A DNA stretch of 64,000 nt from an uncultured Actinomycetota bacterium (GCA_963761085.1 CAVXFQ010000003.1:111026-175025); one strand, 5' to 3'; counted from the first letter of the stretch, positions 34,548 through 46,929 are shown. Made by a program: numbers and translations. The notes: generated by a model from the sequence alone, not told the origin.

Positions 34548-36465
34548 AGGCGGGCCGGTGGGGCCGGGCGCTGCGCACGCCGGTCGGGCTGGTCGGACTG
34601 ACCCTGCTGACCATCGTGCTGCTGCTCGCCGTCTTCGCGCCGATCCTGTGGCAGGGCCGCGCGGACGCGGTCGACACCTCCAACATCCTGGCCGGGCCCT
34701 CGCGCGAGCACTGGCTCGGCACCGATGCGCTCGGGCGGGACCTGTTCTTCCGGGTGCTGGTCGCGACCCGGCTCACCGTGGTGCTGGCCCTCTCCGCGAC
34801 CGCGATCGCGACGGTCGTGGGCCTGCTTCTCGGCTCGGCCCCGGTCCTGCTGGGTCGCCGGGTCGGCCGACTCGTGACGGCGCTGATCACCATCATGGTC
34901 GCCTTCCCGGGGCTTCTGCTCGTGCTGTTCTTCGCGGTGGTGTTCGGTGTCGGCGCGAAGGGTGCGGTCCTCGCCATCGGGCTCGCGGGCGCGCCGTTCT
35001 TCGCCCGGCTCTGCCAGACCCTGATGGCCGGGGTGGCCGGCCGGGACTTCGTCGCCGCCGCCCGGATCGCCGGCGTGGGCCGGGTGCGCATCCTGCTGCG
35101 GCACGTGCTGCCGAACATCGGGGAGCCCCTGATCGTCAACGCCACCATCGGCGCCGGTGGCGCGCTGCTCGCCTTCGCCGGCCTCTCCTTCCTGGGTCTC
35201 GGCGTCCAGCCGCCGGCCTACGACTGGGGCCAGCTGCTGCAGACGGCCTCTCCGCGATCTACATCCACCCGCTGGCCGCGCTCGCCCCGGGCATCGCGGT
35301 GATCCTCGCCGGGCTCGCGTTCAACCTGATCGGTGAGGCCATCGCGCGTGGCTTCGGGATCCCGGCGACCGGAGACGTGCCGCTCGAGCCGGCGACCGAC
35401 CTGGGAGTGCTCACGGCGCCGGCGGACGAGCACGCCGTCGACACCCCCGACGACCCCGACGTCGTCCTCGACGTGCGCGACCTGCGCGTCACGTTCCCCG
35501 GCAGCGCCGGGCCGATCCGTCCGGTGCGCGGCATCTCCTTCCGGGTGCGCACCGGCGAGGCGGTCGGCCTGGTCGGGGAGTCGGGCTCGGGCAAGTCGCT
35601 GACCGCGCTCGCCGTCGCCCGGCTGGTCGAGGAGCCGGGCCGGGTCGAGGCCGATCGGCTCTCGTTCGTCGGCACCGACCTGCTGGACGGCACTCCGGAC
35701 AAGAGGCTGCTCGGCCAGTCCCTCGCGGTGGTCTTCCAGGACCCGATGACCACGTTCAACCCGGCGCAGCGGATGGGGCCGCAGCTCGCCGAGGTCTCCC
35801 GACAGCACCAGGGTCTGGGCAGACGTGCGGCCCTGGCCCGGGCCGTCGACCGGCTGCGTGCGGTCAAGGTGAGCGACCCCGAGCGCCGCGCGCGGCAGTA
35901 CCCGCACGAGTTCTCCGGCGGCATGCGCCAGCGGGCGATGATCGGCATGGGCCTGATGGGCAGTCCGCGGCTGATCATCGCCGACGAGCCGACCACCGCG
36001 CTCGACGTGACCGTGCAGCAGCAGGTGCTGGACCTGCTCGCCGAGATCCGCCGCGACGAGGACGTCGCGCTGCTGCTGATCAGCCACGACGTGGCCGTGG
36101 TGGCGCAGGTGTGCGACCGCGTGCTCGTGATGTACGCCGGCCGGATCGTCGAGGAGCTGCCGGCCGCTGACCTGTGGACCGAGGCGAAGCATCCCTACAC
36201 GCGGGCGCTGGTCGCCGCCGTACCCGACATGGCGACCCCCCTCGACGCGCCGCTGGCGAGCATACCCGGCCGACCGGTCGACCCGGCCGAGGTGCCGGCC
36301 GGGTGCGCCTACGCCGCCCGCTGCCCCCTCGCCGACGACCGCTGCCGCACGACCGACCCGGAGCTACGCAGCGACGCGACCGGCAACCGGGTCGCCTGCT
36401 GGCACCCGGGCGAGACGCTGGTGCTCGGCGAGGACGTCCTGACCGACGAGGCGGTCTCCCGATGA
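34544..36465 (+). CDS. peptide ABC permease/ATPase fusion (DppC-DppD), frameshift near 35245
   Basis: HWLGTDALGRD, LSFLGLG; the last TM helix reads in frame into GESGSGKS, FSGGMRQR, DEPTTALD and a C-terminal Cys cluster. Confidence 0.88.
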
Positions 36466-37235
36466 GCACGCTGCTGTTCGACCAGGTCACGGTGCGCTAC
36501 GGCGCCGCGACGATCCTCGACGGGGTGAGCCTGACCGTGCCCGACGGACAGGTCGTCGGCCTGGTCGGCGAGTCCGGCTCGGGCAAGTCGACCCTGGCCC
36601 GCGCCGCGGTCGGGCTGGCACCGATGGTCGGCGGACGGATCCTCCTCGACGGCGCGGACGTGCCCCGCAAGGGTCGCCGGCGGCCCCTGCAGATGGTCTT
36701 CCAGGACCCGTACTCCTCGCTCGACCCGCGGATGACGATCGGCGAGAGCATCGCCGAGCCGATGAGGTCCGCACGGGCCTCCCGCGCGACCCGCGGGGCC
36801 GAGATCGCGCGGCTGCTCGAGCTGGTCCACCTCGACCCCACCCGAGCCGACACCCTGCCGGCCCAGCTCTCCGGCGGTCAGCGACAGCGCGTGGCGCTGG
36901 CGCGCGCCCTGGCGGCCCGGCCGGAGGTGGTGATCGCCGACGAGATCACCTCCGCGCTCGACGTGTCGGTCCAGGGGGCGGTGCTCAACCTGGTCAGGGA
37001 GATGCAGCGCGAGCTGGGCCTCTCGATGCTGTTCATCTCCCACAACCTCGCGGTGGTCCGCTATGTCGCGAGCCACGTGGCCGTCATGCACGAGGGCCGG
37101 ATCGTCGAGCACGGGCCGACCGACGAGGTGCTCGACCGACCCGCGCATCCCTACACAGAACAGCTGCTCGCTGCCATCCCCGGCAGGGAGCCACGCGCCA
37201 CCGAAACGACCCACCCCACAGAGGAGTCACCGTGA
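36462..37235 (+). CDS. peptide ABC ATPase (DppF-like)
   Basis: GESGSGKST, FQDPYSSL, LSGGQRQR, DEITSALD. Confidence 0.92.
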   Translation: MSTLLFDQVTVRYGAATILDGVSLTVPDGQVVGLVGESGSGKSTLARAAVGLAPMVGGRILLDGADVPRKGRRRPLQMVFQDPYSSLDPRMTIGESIAEPMRSARASRATRGAEIARLLELVHLDPTRADTLPAQLSGGQRQRVALARALAARPEVVIADEITSALDVSVQGAVLNLVREMQRELGLSMLFISHNLAVVRYVASHVAVMHEGRIVEHGPTDEVLDRPAHPYTEQLLAAIPGREPRATETTHPTEESP

Positions 37236-40200
37236 CCCGCACCCTCGCCATCGAGGACCTGGCCGACCTGGCCGTTCCTTCGCAGCCGGCCCTGTCGCCC
37301 GACGGCAGCCGACTGGTCCACGTCGTGCGCACCCAGGACCTGGTGGCCGACAAGCCGGTCGACGCGCTCTGGATGGTGGCGGACGGCAAGGCCCGCCGGC
37401 TCACCCACGGCACCTCCGACTCGGCGCCGGCGTGGTCGCCGGACGGCAGCACACTGGCTTTCGTCCGCGAGCAGCAGCTGTGGCTGCTACCGGCTGCCGG
37501 CGGCGAGCCCCGCCAGCTCACCACCCTGCCGCTGGGCGCCGGTGCTCCGGTGTGGAGCCCGGACGGCTCGACCATCGCGTTCAGCGGCCCGGTCGACACC
37601 GCGGCCGTCGACGGGGAGGACGCCGAGGTGCGCAACCGTCGCGCCGGAGCGCCGATCGTGATCGAGGGCCTGGAGTACCAGGCCGACGGCGTCGGCTACC
37701 TCCGGACGATGCGGATGCAGGTGCAGGTGGTCGACGTCGCCACCGGCGCCGTGCGCGCGGTCACCGACGGCGACCACCACGCGCAGAGCCCCGCCTGGTC
37801 GGCGGACGGCACGATGCTCGCGTTCACGGCTCGCGCGCAGGACGACACGTCGCTCGATCCTCGCTGCGCCCTGCACCTGGTCGATGCGACCGACCCCAAG
37901 GCGACGCCGCGGGTGGTCGCGTTCGCCGAGGGCTACGCCGCGACCGTCGACTTCACCCCGGAAGGCACCCTCCTGGTCGTCGGCTACGCCGGCACCGCGA
38001 GCGGGCACCTGCGGCTCTACGTCGTCGACCCGGCGTCGGGCGAGGCCACCGACCTCGTGCCGGACCTCGACCGCAACGTCATGCCCGGCGCGGCGGCCTA
38101 CCCGGGCGCCCTGCCGACCGTTACCGCCGACGGCCACCGTGCTCTTCTGCATCCGCGACCGTGGCTGTACCCACCTCTACTCGGTCCCACTCGCGGGTGG
38201 CGAGCCTCGGCTCGTGCACGGCGGCGACGGCCAGGTCGTCAGCGGCCTCAGCGTCGCAGGAGACCGTGCCGTCATCGTGCTCGCGACGCCCGAGTCGTTC
38301 GGCGAGCTGGCCGAGATCGATCTCGAGTCCGGTGCGACCACCACCCTGACCCAGCACGGCGAGGCGCTCGCCGAGGTTGCGCTCTTCCCGCGGGAGTCCC
38401 GCGAGTTCACGATCTGCGACGGCACCGTCGTGCAGGCGTGGCTGATGCGCTCGCCGGACACCACCGGCCCGAGCCCGCTGCTGCTGGACATCCACGGCGG
38501 ACCGCACAACGCCTGGAACGCCGCCGCCGACGAGATGCACCTCTACCACCAGGACCTCGTGGCGCGGGGCTGGACGGTGCTGCTGGTCAACCCGCGCGGC
38601 AGCGACGGCTACGGCGAGCGGTTCTTCGACGCCCTCTCGGCGCCTGGGGCGAGGCCGACGCCAGGGACTTCCTCGACCCGATCGACGAACTCGTCGCCGA
38701 GGGCATCGCCGACCCGAAGCGGCTCGCCGTGACCGGCTACAGCTACGGCGGGTTCATGGCCTGCTACCTCACCAGCCGCGACACCAGGTTCGCCGCCGCG
38801 GTCGCGGGCGGGGTGGTGGTCGACGTGATCAGCATGGGCGGCACCAGCGACGACGCCCACGCCCTGTCGGTGACCGAGCTCGGCCTCCTGCCCTGGCAGG
38901 ACGCCGAGCGGCTGAGCGAGCTGTCGCCGTACGCCCAGGTCGCGAACGTCGTGACCCCGACGCTGGTGCTGCAAGGTGCGGACGACGTGCGCTGCCCGAT
39001 CGGGCAGGCCGAGCAGTGGCACTACGCCCTGCGCGAGCGAGGCGTGCCGACCCGGATGGTCCTCTACCCCGGGGCCAGCCACATCTTCCCGCTCGCGGGC
39101 CAGCCGTCGCACCGGTTCGACTACTACCACCGGGTGGTCGACTGGGTGGAGCAGTGGGCCGGCAGCGCAGCCGGCCCGCGTCCCGCACCGATCGACGCAG
39201 GGCCACTGGCAGCGTCGGCTGTCGGCCATCGCCGCGAAGGCCGGGGTCCCGGGCGCTCAGCTGGGCATCCTCCGGGTGGGGAGCGACGGCGCACCCGACC
39301 AACTGGTCCGAGGTGCCACCGGGGTTCTCCACGCCGGCACCGGGGTCCCGACGACGGTCGACGCGGTGTTCCAGATCGGGTCGATCACCAAGGTCTGGAC
39401 CGCGACGGTGATCATGCGGCTCGTCGACGAGGGGAAGCTCTCGCTCGACACGCCCGTCGTCGAGGTCATCCCCGACCTCACTCTGCCGACGCCCGAGGTG
39501 ACCAAGGGCGTCACCATCCGCCACCTGCTCACCCACACCAGCGGCATCGACGGCGACGTGTTCACCGACACCGGCCGCGGCGACGACTGCCTGGAGAAGT
39601 ACGTCGCGCTGCTCGCCGACGCCGCGCAGAACCATCCCCTGGGTGCGACGTGGTCCTACTGCAACTCCGGCTACTCCGTCCTCGGCCGGGTGATCGAGAA
39701 GCTCACCGGCAAGACCTGGGACGCCGCGCTCAAGGAGATGCTCTTCGAGCCCGCTCGGCCTCGACGCACACCGGGACGCTGCCCGAGGAGGCGCTGCTGC
39801 ACGCGGCGGCCATGGGCCATGTCTCCGGGGGCGAGAACCCGGTGGTGGCGCCGGTGTGGGCGCTGCCGCGGTCGATGGGCCCTGCCGGCCTGATCAACGT
39901 CGACCGTCGCCGACGTCCTCGCCTTCGCCCGGATGCACCTGGCCGGTGGGGTCGCGGTCGACGGCACCCGGGTGCCTCAGCGAGGCGGGCACCGCGGCGA
40001 TGACCGACTTCCAGGCCGAGGTGCCGGACAAGTACCTGCTCGGCGACTCCTGGGGCCTGGGCTGGATCCGCTTCGGCTGGGACGGCCACCGGCTCATCGG
40101 CCACGACGGCAACACCATCGGCCAGGCCGCGTTCCTGCGGATCCTGCCGGAGCGCGGGCGCTCGCAGTCGCGCTGCTCACCAACGGCGGCAACACCCGCG

Positions 40201-40577
40201 ACCTCTACGAGGACCTGTACCGGCGAGATCTTCGCCGAGCTCGCCGGGGTACAGATGCCGGACCCCCTGGTCCCGCCGACGGTCGCGCCGGACACCGACG
40301 TCACGCCGTACCTGGGCAGCCTACGAGCGCGAGTCGGTGCTCACCGAGATCCTCGAGGGCGACGGCAAGCCGGTCCTGCGGACCACGCTGATGGGTCCGC
40401 TGGCCGAGCTCGAGCCGGACCCGGTCACCAGCTACGAGATGCTGCCGGTCGCGCAGGGGCTGTTCGCCGTGCGCCCCGACGGCAGGAGTCCTACGCCCGG
40501 TGACGTTCTACACGCTGCCGACCGGCGAGGAGTACGTCCACTTCGGTGCGCGTGCCACCCCCAGGAAGCAGGTGTGA
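37232..40577 (+). CDS. S9 peptidase (beta-propeller + alpha/beta hydrolase) fused to beta-lactamase-family serine hydrolase, frameshifted
   Basis: WSPDG repeats, HGGPH, NPRGSDGYG, GYSYGG, DDVRCP, GASH; then SITK (SxxK), YCN (YxN), GHDG; no start or RBS at the junction near 39200. Confidence 0.8.
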
Positions 40578-41721
40578 GCCTCGTGGCCCCGATGACGTCG
40601 AGCCGGCCCCGCCCGACCTGGAGGGGATCCTCTCCGACCTGCGTGAGCTCATCGAGCTCGAGTCACCCTCGTCCGACCTGGCGGCGGTGGCCCGCTCGGC
40701 CGACCTCGTGGCCAGGATCGGTGCCGGCCGGCTCGGTGCCGAGCCCGAGCGGATCGTGATCGACGGCTGCACGCACCTGCGCTGGCGCTTCGGCGCTCGT
40801 CCGCAGCGTGCCGGGTGCTGGTGCTCGGCCACCACGACACCGTGTGCCCGATCGGGACGCTGGCCACCTCGCCGTTCGCCGTGACGGACGGCGTCCTGCG
40901 CGGGCCGGGCTGCTTCGACATGTCGGCGGCCTGGTGATGGGCATCCACGCGATCGCGGCGCTGCCCGACCCCGACGGGGTCACCCTGCTGGTCACCGGTG
41001 ACGAGGAGCTCGGCTCGCCGACGTCGCGCGGGCTCGATCGAGGACGAGGCGCGCGGCTGCCGCGCCGCGCTCGTGCTCGAGGCGTCCGCCGACGGCGGCG
41101 CGCTGAAGATCGCGCGCAAGGGCGTGTCGCTGTACGAGCTCGAGGTGATCGGCCGCGCGGCGCACGCCGGGCTCGAGCCCGAGCAGGGACGTCAACACGA
41201 CGGTGGAGCTGGCGCACCAGATCCTCGCGGTCAGCGCTCTCGCGTGCGCGAGGCTCGGGACCACGGTGACCCCGACGGCGGCGGCCTCGGGCAGCGAGCT
41301 CAACACCGTTCCGGCCCGGGCCACGCTGGGCATCGACGTCCGTGTCTGGACGTCGGCCGAGCAGGACCGGGTCGATGCGGCGCTTCGGGCCCTCACTCCG
41401 GTCGTGCAGGGCGTCGCGCTGACCCTCCGCGGCGGGCCGAACCGGCCCCCGATCGAGGAGAGCGCCTCTGCCGCCCTGTTCGCGCACGCCGTACGCGTCG
41501 CCGAGCCACTCGGCCTGCCCCCGGTCGAGGCGCTCGCGGTCGGCGGAGCCTCCGACGGCAACTTCACCGCAGGCGTGGGGACGCCGACGCTGGACGGTCT
41601 GGGCGCGGTCGGCGGCGGAGCGCACGCCGACGACGAGCACGTCCTGGTGGACCGGCTGGTCGACCGCACACGACTCGTGGCCGGACTGGTCCACGACCTG
41701 CTGCACGAGGACAAGGCATGA
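40574..41721 (+). CDS. M20 family amidohydrolase (candidate N-succinyl-L-amino acid desuccinylase), frameshifted
   Basis: GHHDTV, GPGCFDM, GDEELGS, AAHAG, GGASDGN, GGGAHADDE. Confidence 0.87.
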
Positions 41722-42505
41722 CTCCCGACGACGCGGTCGCAGCCGCGGCGGCGCATGCCGGAGTGAGCCTGCGCGAGCTCCGGGAGGTCGAGGAGACCCG
41801 CGACGTCGCCGCCCTGCTGGTCGAGATCTGGGGGCGCGCCGACAACCCGCCGCTCCCAGCCGAGCTGCTGCGGGCCTTCAGCAAGAGCGGCAACTACGTC
41901 GCGGGCGCCTACGCCGGTGACCGGCTCGTCGGGGCCTGCATCGGCTTCCACGGCGACCCTGCGACGCAGGCGCTGCACAGCCACATCGCCGGGGTCGTCC
42001 CGGGGATGGCCGGTCGCAGCGTCGGGTTCGCACTCAAGCTGCACCAGCGCGCGTGGGCCCTCCGACGCGGCGTGCAGGTGATCGAGTGGACCTTCGACCC
42101 GCTCGTCGCCCGCAACGCCTACTTCAACCTGGTCAAGCTGGCCGCCGAGCCGGCGGAGTACCTCACCAACTTCTACGGCGCCATGCTCGACCTCATCAAC
42201 GGCGAGGACGACACCGACCGGCTGCTGGTGCGGTGGGACCTGACCTCGCCCAGCGTCGTCGCCGCCACCTCGCGGACCCCGCGACCGCGACCGGAGCCTC
42301 ACCTCGGGACGGTGCGGGTCGGGGTGCCGGAGGACATCGAGGCCCTGCGCGTGAGCGACCCGGACAAGGCCCGCGAGTGGCGGCTGCGGGTGCGCGAACA
42401 GCTGGCCCCGCTGATCGCGGCCGGCGGCCGCATCGTCGGCTTCGACCCCGTCGCCGGGTACTGGTCGTGCCGGCGGCCACCGATCCGACAGAGGAGAAGG
42501 TCTGA
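41718..42505 (+). CDS. GNAT family acyltransferase (candidate D-amino acid N-succinyltransferase)
   Basis: LHSHIAGV, GFALKLHQR, WTFDPLVARNAYFNLVKL, NFYG, DRLLVRW. Confidence 0.87.
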
Positions 42506-43643
42506 TGAAGCTGACAGGGCGTCGAGCTGCGGCGGATCGCGATGCCGCTGGTGTCGCCGTTCCGCACGTCGTTCGGCACGCAGACCGAGCGCGACATCCT
42601 GCTGCTGCGCGTCGTGACCGACGAGGCCGAGGGCTGGGGCGAGTGCGTCGCGATGACCGACCCGCTCTACTCCTCGGAGTACGTCGACGCGCCGGCCGAC
42701 GTCCTGCGACGCTTCTTCCTGCCCGCTCTCGGGTCACCGGCCGGCAGTCGACGCTCCAACAGTCGGGAGCGGCAGCGGTGGCCACGCTGCTGCATCCCTT
42801 CAAGGGGCACCGGATGGCCAAGGCCGCGATGGAGATGGCGGTCCTCGACGCGGAGCTGCGGGCGGCGGGACGGTCGTTCGCCCGTGAGCTCGGCGCCGTC
42901 CACGACCGGGTGCCGTGCGGTGTCTCGGTCGGCATCATGGACTCGATCCCACAGCTGCTCGACGCGGTCGGGGGCTACCTCGACGAGGGCTACGTGCGGA
43001 TCAAGCTCAAGATCGAGCCGGGCTGGGACGTCGAGCCGGTGCGGGCGGTCCGCGAGCGGTTCGGCGACGACGTGCTCCTGCAGGTCGACGCCAACACGGC
43101 GTACACCGTGCGGACGCCCGCCACCTGGCGCAGCTCGACGCCTTCGACCTGCTGCTCATCGAGCAGCCGCTGGAGGAGGAGGACATCCTCGGCCACGCCG
43201 AGCTGGCCCGGCAGCTGACGACCCCGATCTGCCTGGACGAGTCGATCACGTCGGCGCGGTCGGCGGCGGCCGCGATCGCCCTGGGCGCCTGCCAGATCGT
43301 CAACATCAAGCCGGGCCGGGTCGGCGGCTACCTGGAGGCGCGGCGGATCCACGACGTCGCCGCGGCCCACGGCGTCGCGGTGTGGTGCGGCGGGATGCTG
43401 GAGACGGGGCTCGGCCGAGCCGCCAACGTCGGCGCTGGCCGCGCTGCCCGGGTTCACGCTGCCGGGCGACATGTCGGCCTCGGACCGCTACTACCGCACG
43501 GACATCACCGAGCCGTTCGTGCTGCACGACGGTCATCTGCGCGTGCCGACCGGGCCGGGCCTCGGCGTCGACCCCGATCCCCGAGATCCTCGACGCGGTC
43601 ACGACCTCCGATCGAGTGGATAGCCGCTCTGAGCCGCGGCTGA
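42505..43643 (+). CDS. menC: N-succinylamino acid racemase / o-succinylbenzoate synthase (NSAR/OSBS, enolase superfamily), frameshifted
   Basis: PFRTSFG, RIKLKIEPG (KxK), VDAN, IEQP, LDES, NIKPGRVGG, CGGMLETG; closely resembles Amycolatopsis N-acylamino acid racemase from recall; no other men genes nearby. Confidence 0.9.
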
Positions 43644-43668
43644 CGGGCGGCGGCCTATGCTCCCCAGG

Positions 43669-45312
43669 GTGACTCAGCGACCCCGCGCCAGCCTCGGCCG
43701 GGTGCTCGACGACCTCGGCGCCACGCTGCTCGAGCTGGTCGACGGGGACCCGGAGAACCCCGCCGAGATCGACGGCGTCGTCATCCACGATCCCGTCGAC
43801 GAGCCGCGCTACCCGCCGCACGCACTGGTGCTCGGCGTCGCGGTGCACGTCAGCCGACCTCGCCCGACTCGCTCAGCGACGCTCGGCACGTCGCGGTGCG
43901 TGGGCCTGGTGGTGCGCGCGCCGGTCGCGCTCACTCGCCGAGATCCGGGAGGCGGTCGACCGGTCCGGCGTCGCCCTTCTCGGCCTGACGCCGCGGTGCG
44001 CACGTGGGCGCAGCTCGCCGCGCTGCTGCGCTCGGTGCTCGCCGAGGACGACGTCGGGGTGGGCGGAGCCGGAGTCACTCGGCGGGCTCCCGTCCGGCGA
44101 CCTGTTCGCCGTGGCCAACGCGGTCGCTGCGCTGCTCGACGCCCCGATCACGATCGAGGACCGTAGCTCCCGGGTGCTCGCCTTCTCCGGCCGCCAGGAC
44201 GAGGCCGACGCGTCGCGGGTCGAGACGATCCTCGGCAGGCAGGTGCCGGAGCGCTATGCCCGGATCCTCACCGAGCGCGGCGTCTTCCGCGAGCTCTACC
44301 GCGAGGACAAGCCGGTGTTCGTCGACCGCCCACGAGTGTCGACTTCGACGACTTCGCCAAGCAGCGCGTGGCGATCGCCGTCCGGGCCGGAGACGAGGTA
44401 CTGGGGTCGATCTGGGCCGCGATGGACGGCGAGGTCACCGACGAGCGGACCGCAGCCCTCCAGCGACGCCGCCAAGCTGGTCGCCCTGCACATGCTGCGG
44501 GTCCGTGCGGGCGCCGACGTGCACCGGCGGCTGCGCACCGACCTGGTCGGCGACCGCGCTCGAGGGAGGGCAGGGCGCCCGAGGACGCCCTGCGGCGGCT
44601 CGGCCTGGCGGGTCGCCAGGTGGTCGTCCTCGCGGCCGTTCTCTGCGAGGGCCCGGACGGGGCGGTCCGTGGTGAGCAGGATCGCGCGGCAGAGGTCGAG
44701 CGGCTGGCCGATGCCTTCGCCGTACACCTCACGTCGGTGGTCCCGACCGCTGCCGTGGCCGCGGTCAGTGGCGTGGTGTGGGCGCTGGTCCCGGTGCTGC
44801 CCGCCGGCGACGACCCCGAGGAGCGCGCGGTGCGGATCGCCACCGACTTCTGCGAGCGCGTGGGGGTCGGCCTGCCGACGGTCGTGGCCGTGGGCGGCGT
44901 CGCCGGCGACGTGAACGGTGTGACGCGGGCCCGGGTCACCGCCAACCGGGTGCTCCGGGTGCTCGGCGACGGCCACGTCCACCAACCCGTCGCACGACTG
45001 GTGGACGTGCAGACGCAGGCCCTGCTGCTGGAGCTACGCGATCTCGCAGCCACCCGCGGTGAGGGCCCGGTCGGACCGATCGCCCTCCTCATCGAGCACG
45101 ACGAGCGCGGCTCGGGTGGTCTGATCGACACGCTGGAGGCGTGGCTCGACGCCTTCGGTGACGTCACGGAGGCCGCGGCGGCGCTGTTCATCCACCCCAA
45201 CACGCTGCGCTACCGGCTCCGGCGGATCACCGAGCTCAGCGGGCTCGACCTGACCGATCCCGAGCAGCGCTTCGCGGCGATGCTGCAGCTCCGGATTCTC
45301 GGTCGGGACTGA
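43669..45312 (+). CDS. PucR/CdaR family transcriptional regulator, frameshifted
   Basis: C-terminal TLEAWLD...AAAALFIHPNTLRYRLRRI HTH; DLFAVANA...PITIED central domain. Confidence 0.88.
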
Positions 45313-45323
45313 CGCGGCCTGCG

Positions 45324-46712
45324 TCAGGCCTGGACGCGGCGTACGGCGCGGCCGACGTGGAGGTACTGGGCGCGGCCGTGGCCGTCGTCGCCGACGAACG
45401 CGTGCGGCATGTACATGCCCCGGTCGGCCTCGACCGGGATCAGGCTGTCGCCCTTGTAGTGGACCAGCTCCTTGCGCTCGGCCTTCTCGCCGATCTCCTC
45501 GGCGATGCCCTTGGGGGTCATGTCGATCCAGATCCGACCGTCGTCGTCCTGGGTCACCACCAGATCGGCGACCTCGGCGGAGTAGGTGCCGACGTAGCGG
45601 GTGGCATCGATGCGCTGCGGCTCAGCCGGTGGCGCCGGCAGGGCGGGCAGCCGGACATCGGCCAGCTCGGAGAGCGCGTGGGAGACGATGTCGCGGTAGA
45701 GGGAGAACGTGTCGCCCCCGTTGGTGAGCAGGGCGATGGCCACGCCCTTCCCGGGGATGATCCGCAGGAACGCCGACTGGCCGATCGTGCTGCCGTCGTG
45801 CCCGACGACGGTGCCGTCGGGGGTCGCGAACAGCTCCCACCCCAGGCCCCAGTGCGTGCCCATCAGGCCGAGGTCGGGCAGCGTCACCTGAGGTTCGCGC
45901 ATCGCGGCCACGGTCTCCGGAGCGAGGACCCGGGTGCCGTCTGCGGCGGCACCGTCGTTGAGGTGCATGCTCGCGAAGGCCACCAGGTCACGCGGTCGCA
46001 TCGCCAGCATGGAGCCGGCCGGGATGTTGGAACGCACCAGCGCCCACATCGGTGCCGGCGCCAGGCCGGCGTCCGGCTCGAGCTCGATGTGACCCACGGC
46101 GGCTCGGTAGAGGATCGCCTTGTAGGGCCCGGTCGCCGCGTGCGTCAGGCCGAGCGGCTGGAACAGGCGCTCCTCGAGGCATTCGTCGTACGGCTTGCCG
46201 CGCAGCACCTCGACCAGCCTGCCGAGCACCACGAAGCCCGCGTTGTTGTAGGAGAACTGCTCGCCCGGGGGGAACAGCTGGGGTACGTCGTGCAGCACGC
46301 CGAGGTACTTCTCCACGCAGTCGTCACCGACGCCGGTGTCGGTGAAGATGTCGCCCTCGAACCCGGCGGTGTGGGCGAGCAGCTGGCGGGTTGTGATCTG
46401 TGCGGCCGCGGACTCGTCGCGGATGCGGAAGTCGGGCAGGTAGGTGCGGAGGGGGACGTCGAGGTCGAGGAGCCCGTCGTCGATCAGCTGCATGACCAGC
46501 GTCGCGGTCCACACCTTGGTGATCGAGCCGATCTGGAAGAGCGAGTCGGGGGTCGCCTCGACGCCGGTCGCCGTGCTCAGCAGGCCGGCGGCTGCGTCGA
46601 TCACCTCGCCGTCGGCGAGCACGGCCACCGCCGCGCCCGGAACGCCGTACCGCTCGATCAGCGTGGGCAGCTGCTCGGTGATCCAGGCCTCGACGTCAGG
46701 GAGAGAGCTCAT
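45324..46712 (-). CDS. beta-lactamase-family serine hydrolase (D-stereospecific peptidase/amidase-like)
   Basis: FQIGSITK, LLAHTAG, FSYNNAG, GHDGS; TAGCAT -10 lies 7 nt before ATG. Confidence 0.9.
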   Translation of the reverse strand: MSSLPDVEAWITEQLPTLIERYGVPGAAVAVLADGEVIDAAAGLLSTATGVEATPDSLFQIGSITKVWTATLVMQLIDDGLLDLDVPLRTYLPDFRIRDESAAAQITTRQLLAHTAGFEGDIFTDTGVGDDCVEKYLGVLHDVPQLFPPGEQFSYNNAGFVVLGRLVEVLRGKPYDECLEERLFQPLGLTHAATGPYKAILYRAAVGHIELEPDAGLAPAPMWALVRSNIPAGSMLAMRPRDLVAFASMHLNDGAAADGTRVLAPETVAAMREPQVTLPDLGLMGTHWGLGWELFATPDGTVVGHDGSTIGQSAFLRIIPGKGVAIALLTNGGDTFSLYRDIVSHALSELADVRLPALPAPPAEPQRIDATRYVGTYSAEVADLVVTQDDDGRIWIDMTPKGIAEEIGEKAERKELVHYKGDSLIPVEADRGMYMPHAFVGDDGHGRAQYLHVGRAVRRVQA

Positions 46713-46746
46713 GCAGGCGATGCTAGGAGAGGCGGTCCTGCGCCGT

Positions 46747-46796
46747 GTCGTCGTGGCGGACAACGCTGGCGACCGTCGTCGGTGGCTTCCGACAAC
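46747..46796. promoter_or_regulatory. tandem imperfect palindromes, candidate PucR-type activator sites
   Basis: gtcgtcgtggcggacaac and gtcgtcggtggcttccgacaac just upstream of the -10; atccgacaac also at 31801. Confidence 0.4.
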
Positions 46797-46929
46797 GCGC
46801 GCCGGGCTCGAGTCACCTGGCACAGGACCCGCTGCTCGCCGGCGCCCACCGGCCGAACCTGGAGCCGGCCCGCAGCTTCGGGCCGGCTGACATGACGATG
46901 CCCCGGTGTTACGCGCCACCGGGGCATCC

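Noticed and set aside
42505-43643. Menaquinone biosynthesis locus
   Set aside because: No menB/D/E/F/H nearby; GNAT and M20 context points to racemase function.
45324-46712. True beta-lactam resistance gene
   Set aside because: No signal peptide and GHDG replaces KTG; context is catabolic.
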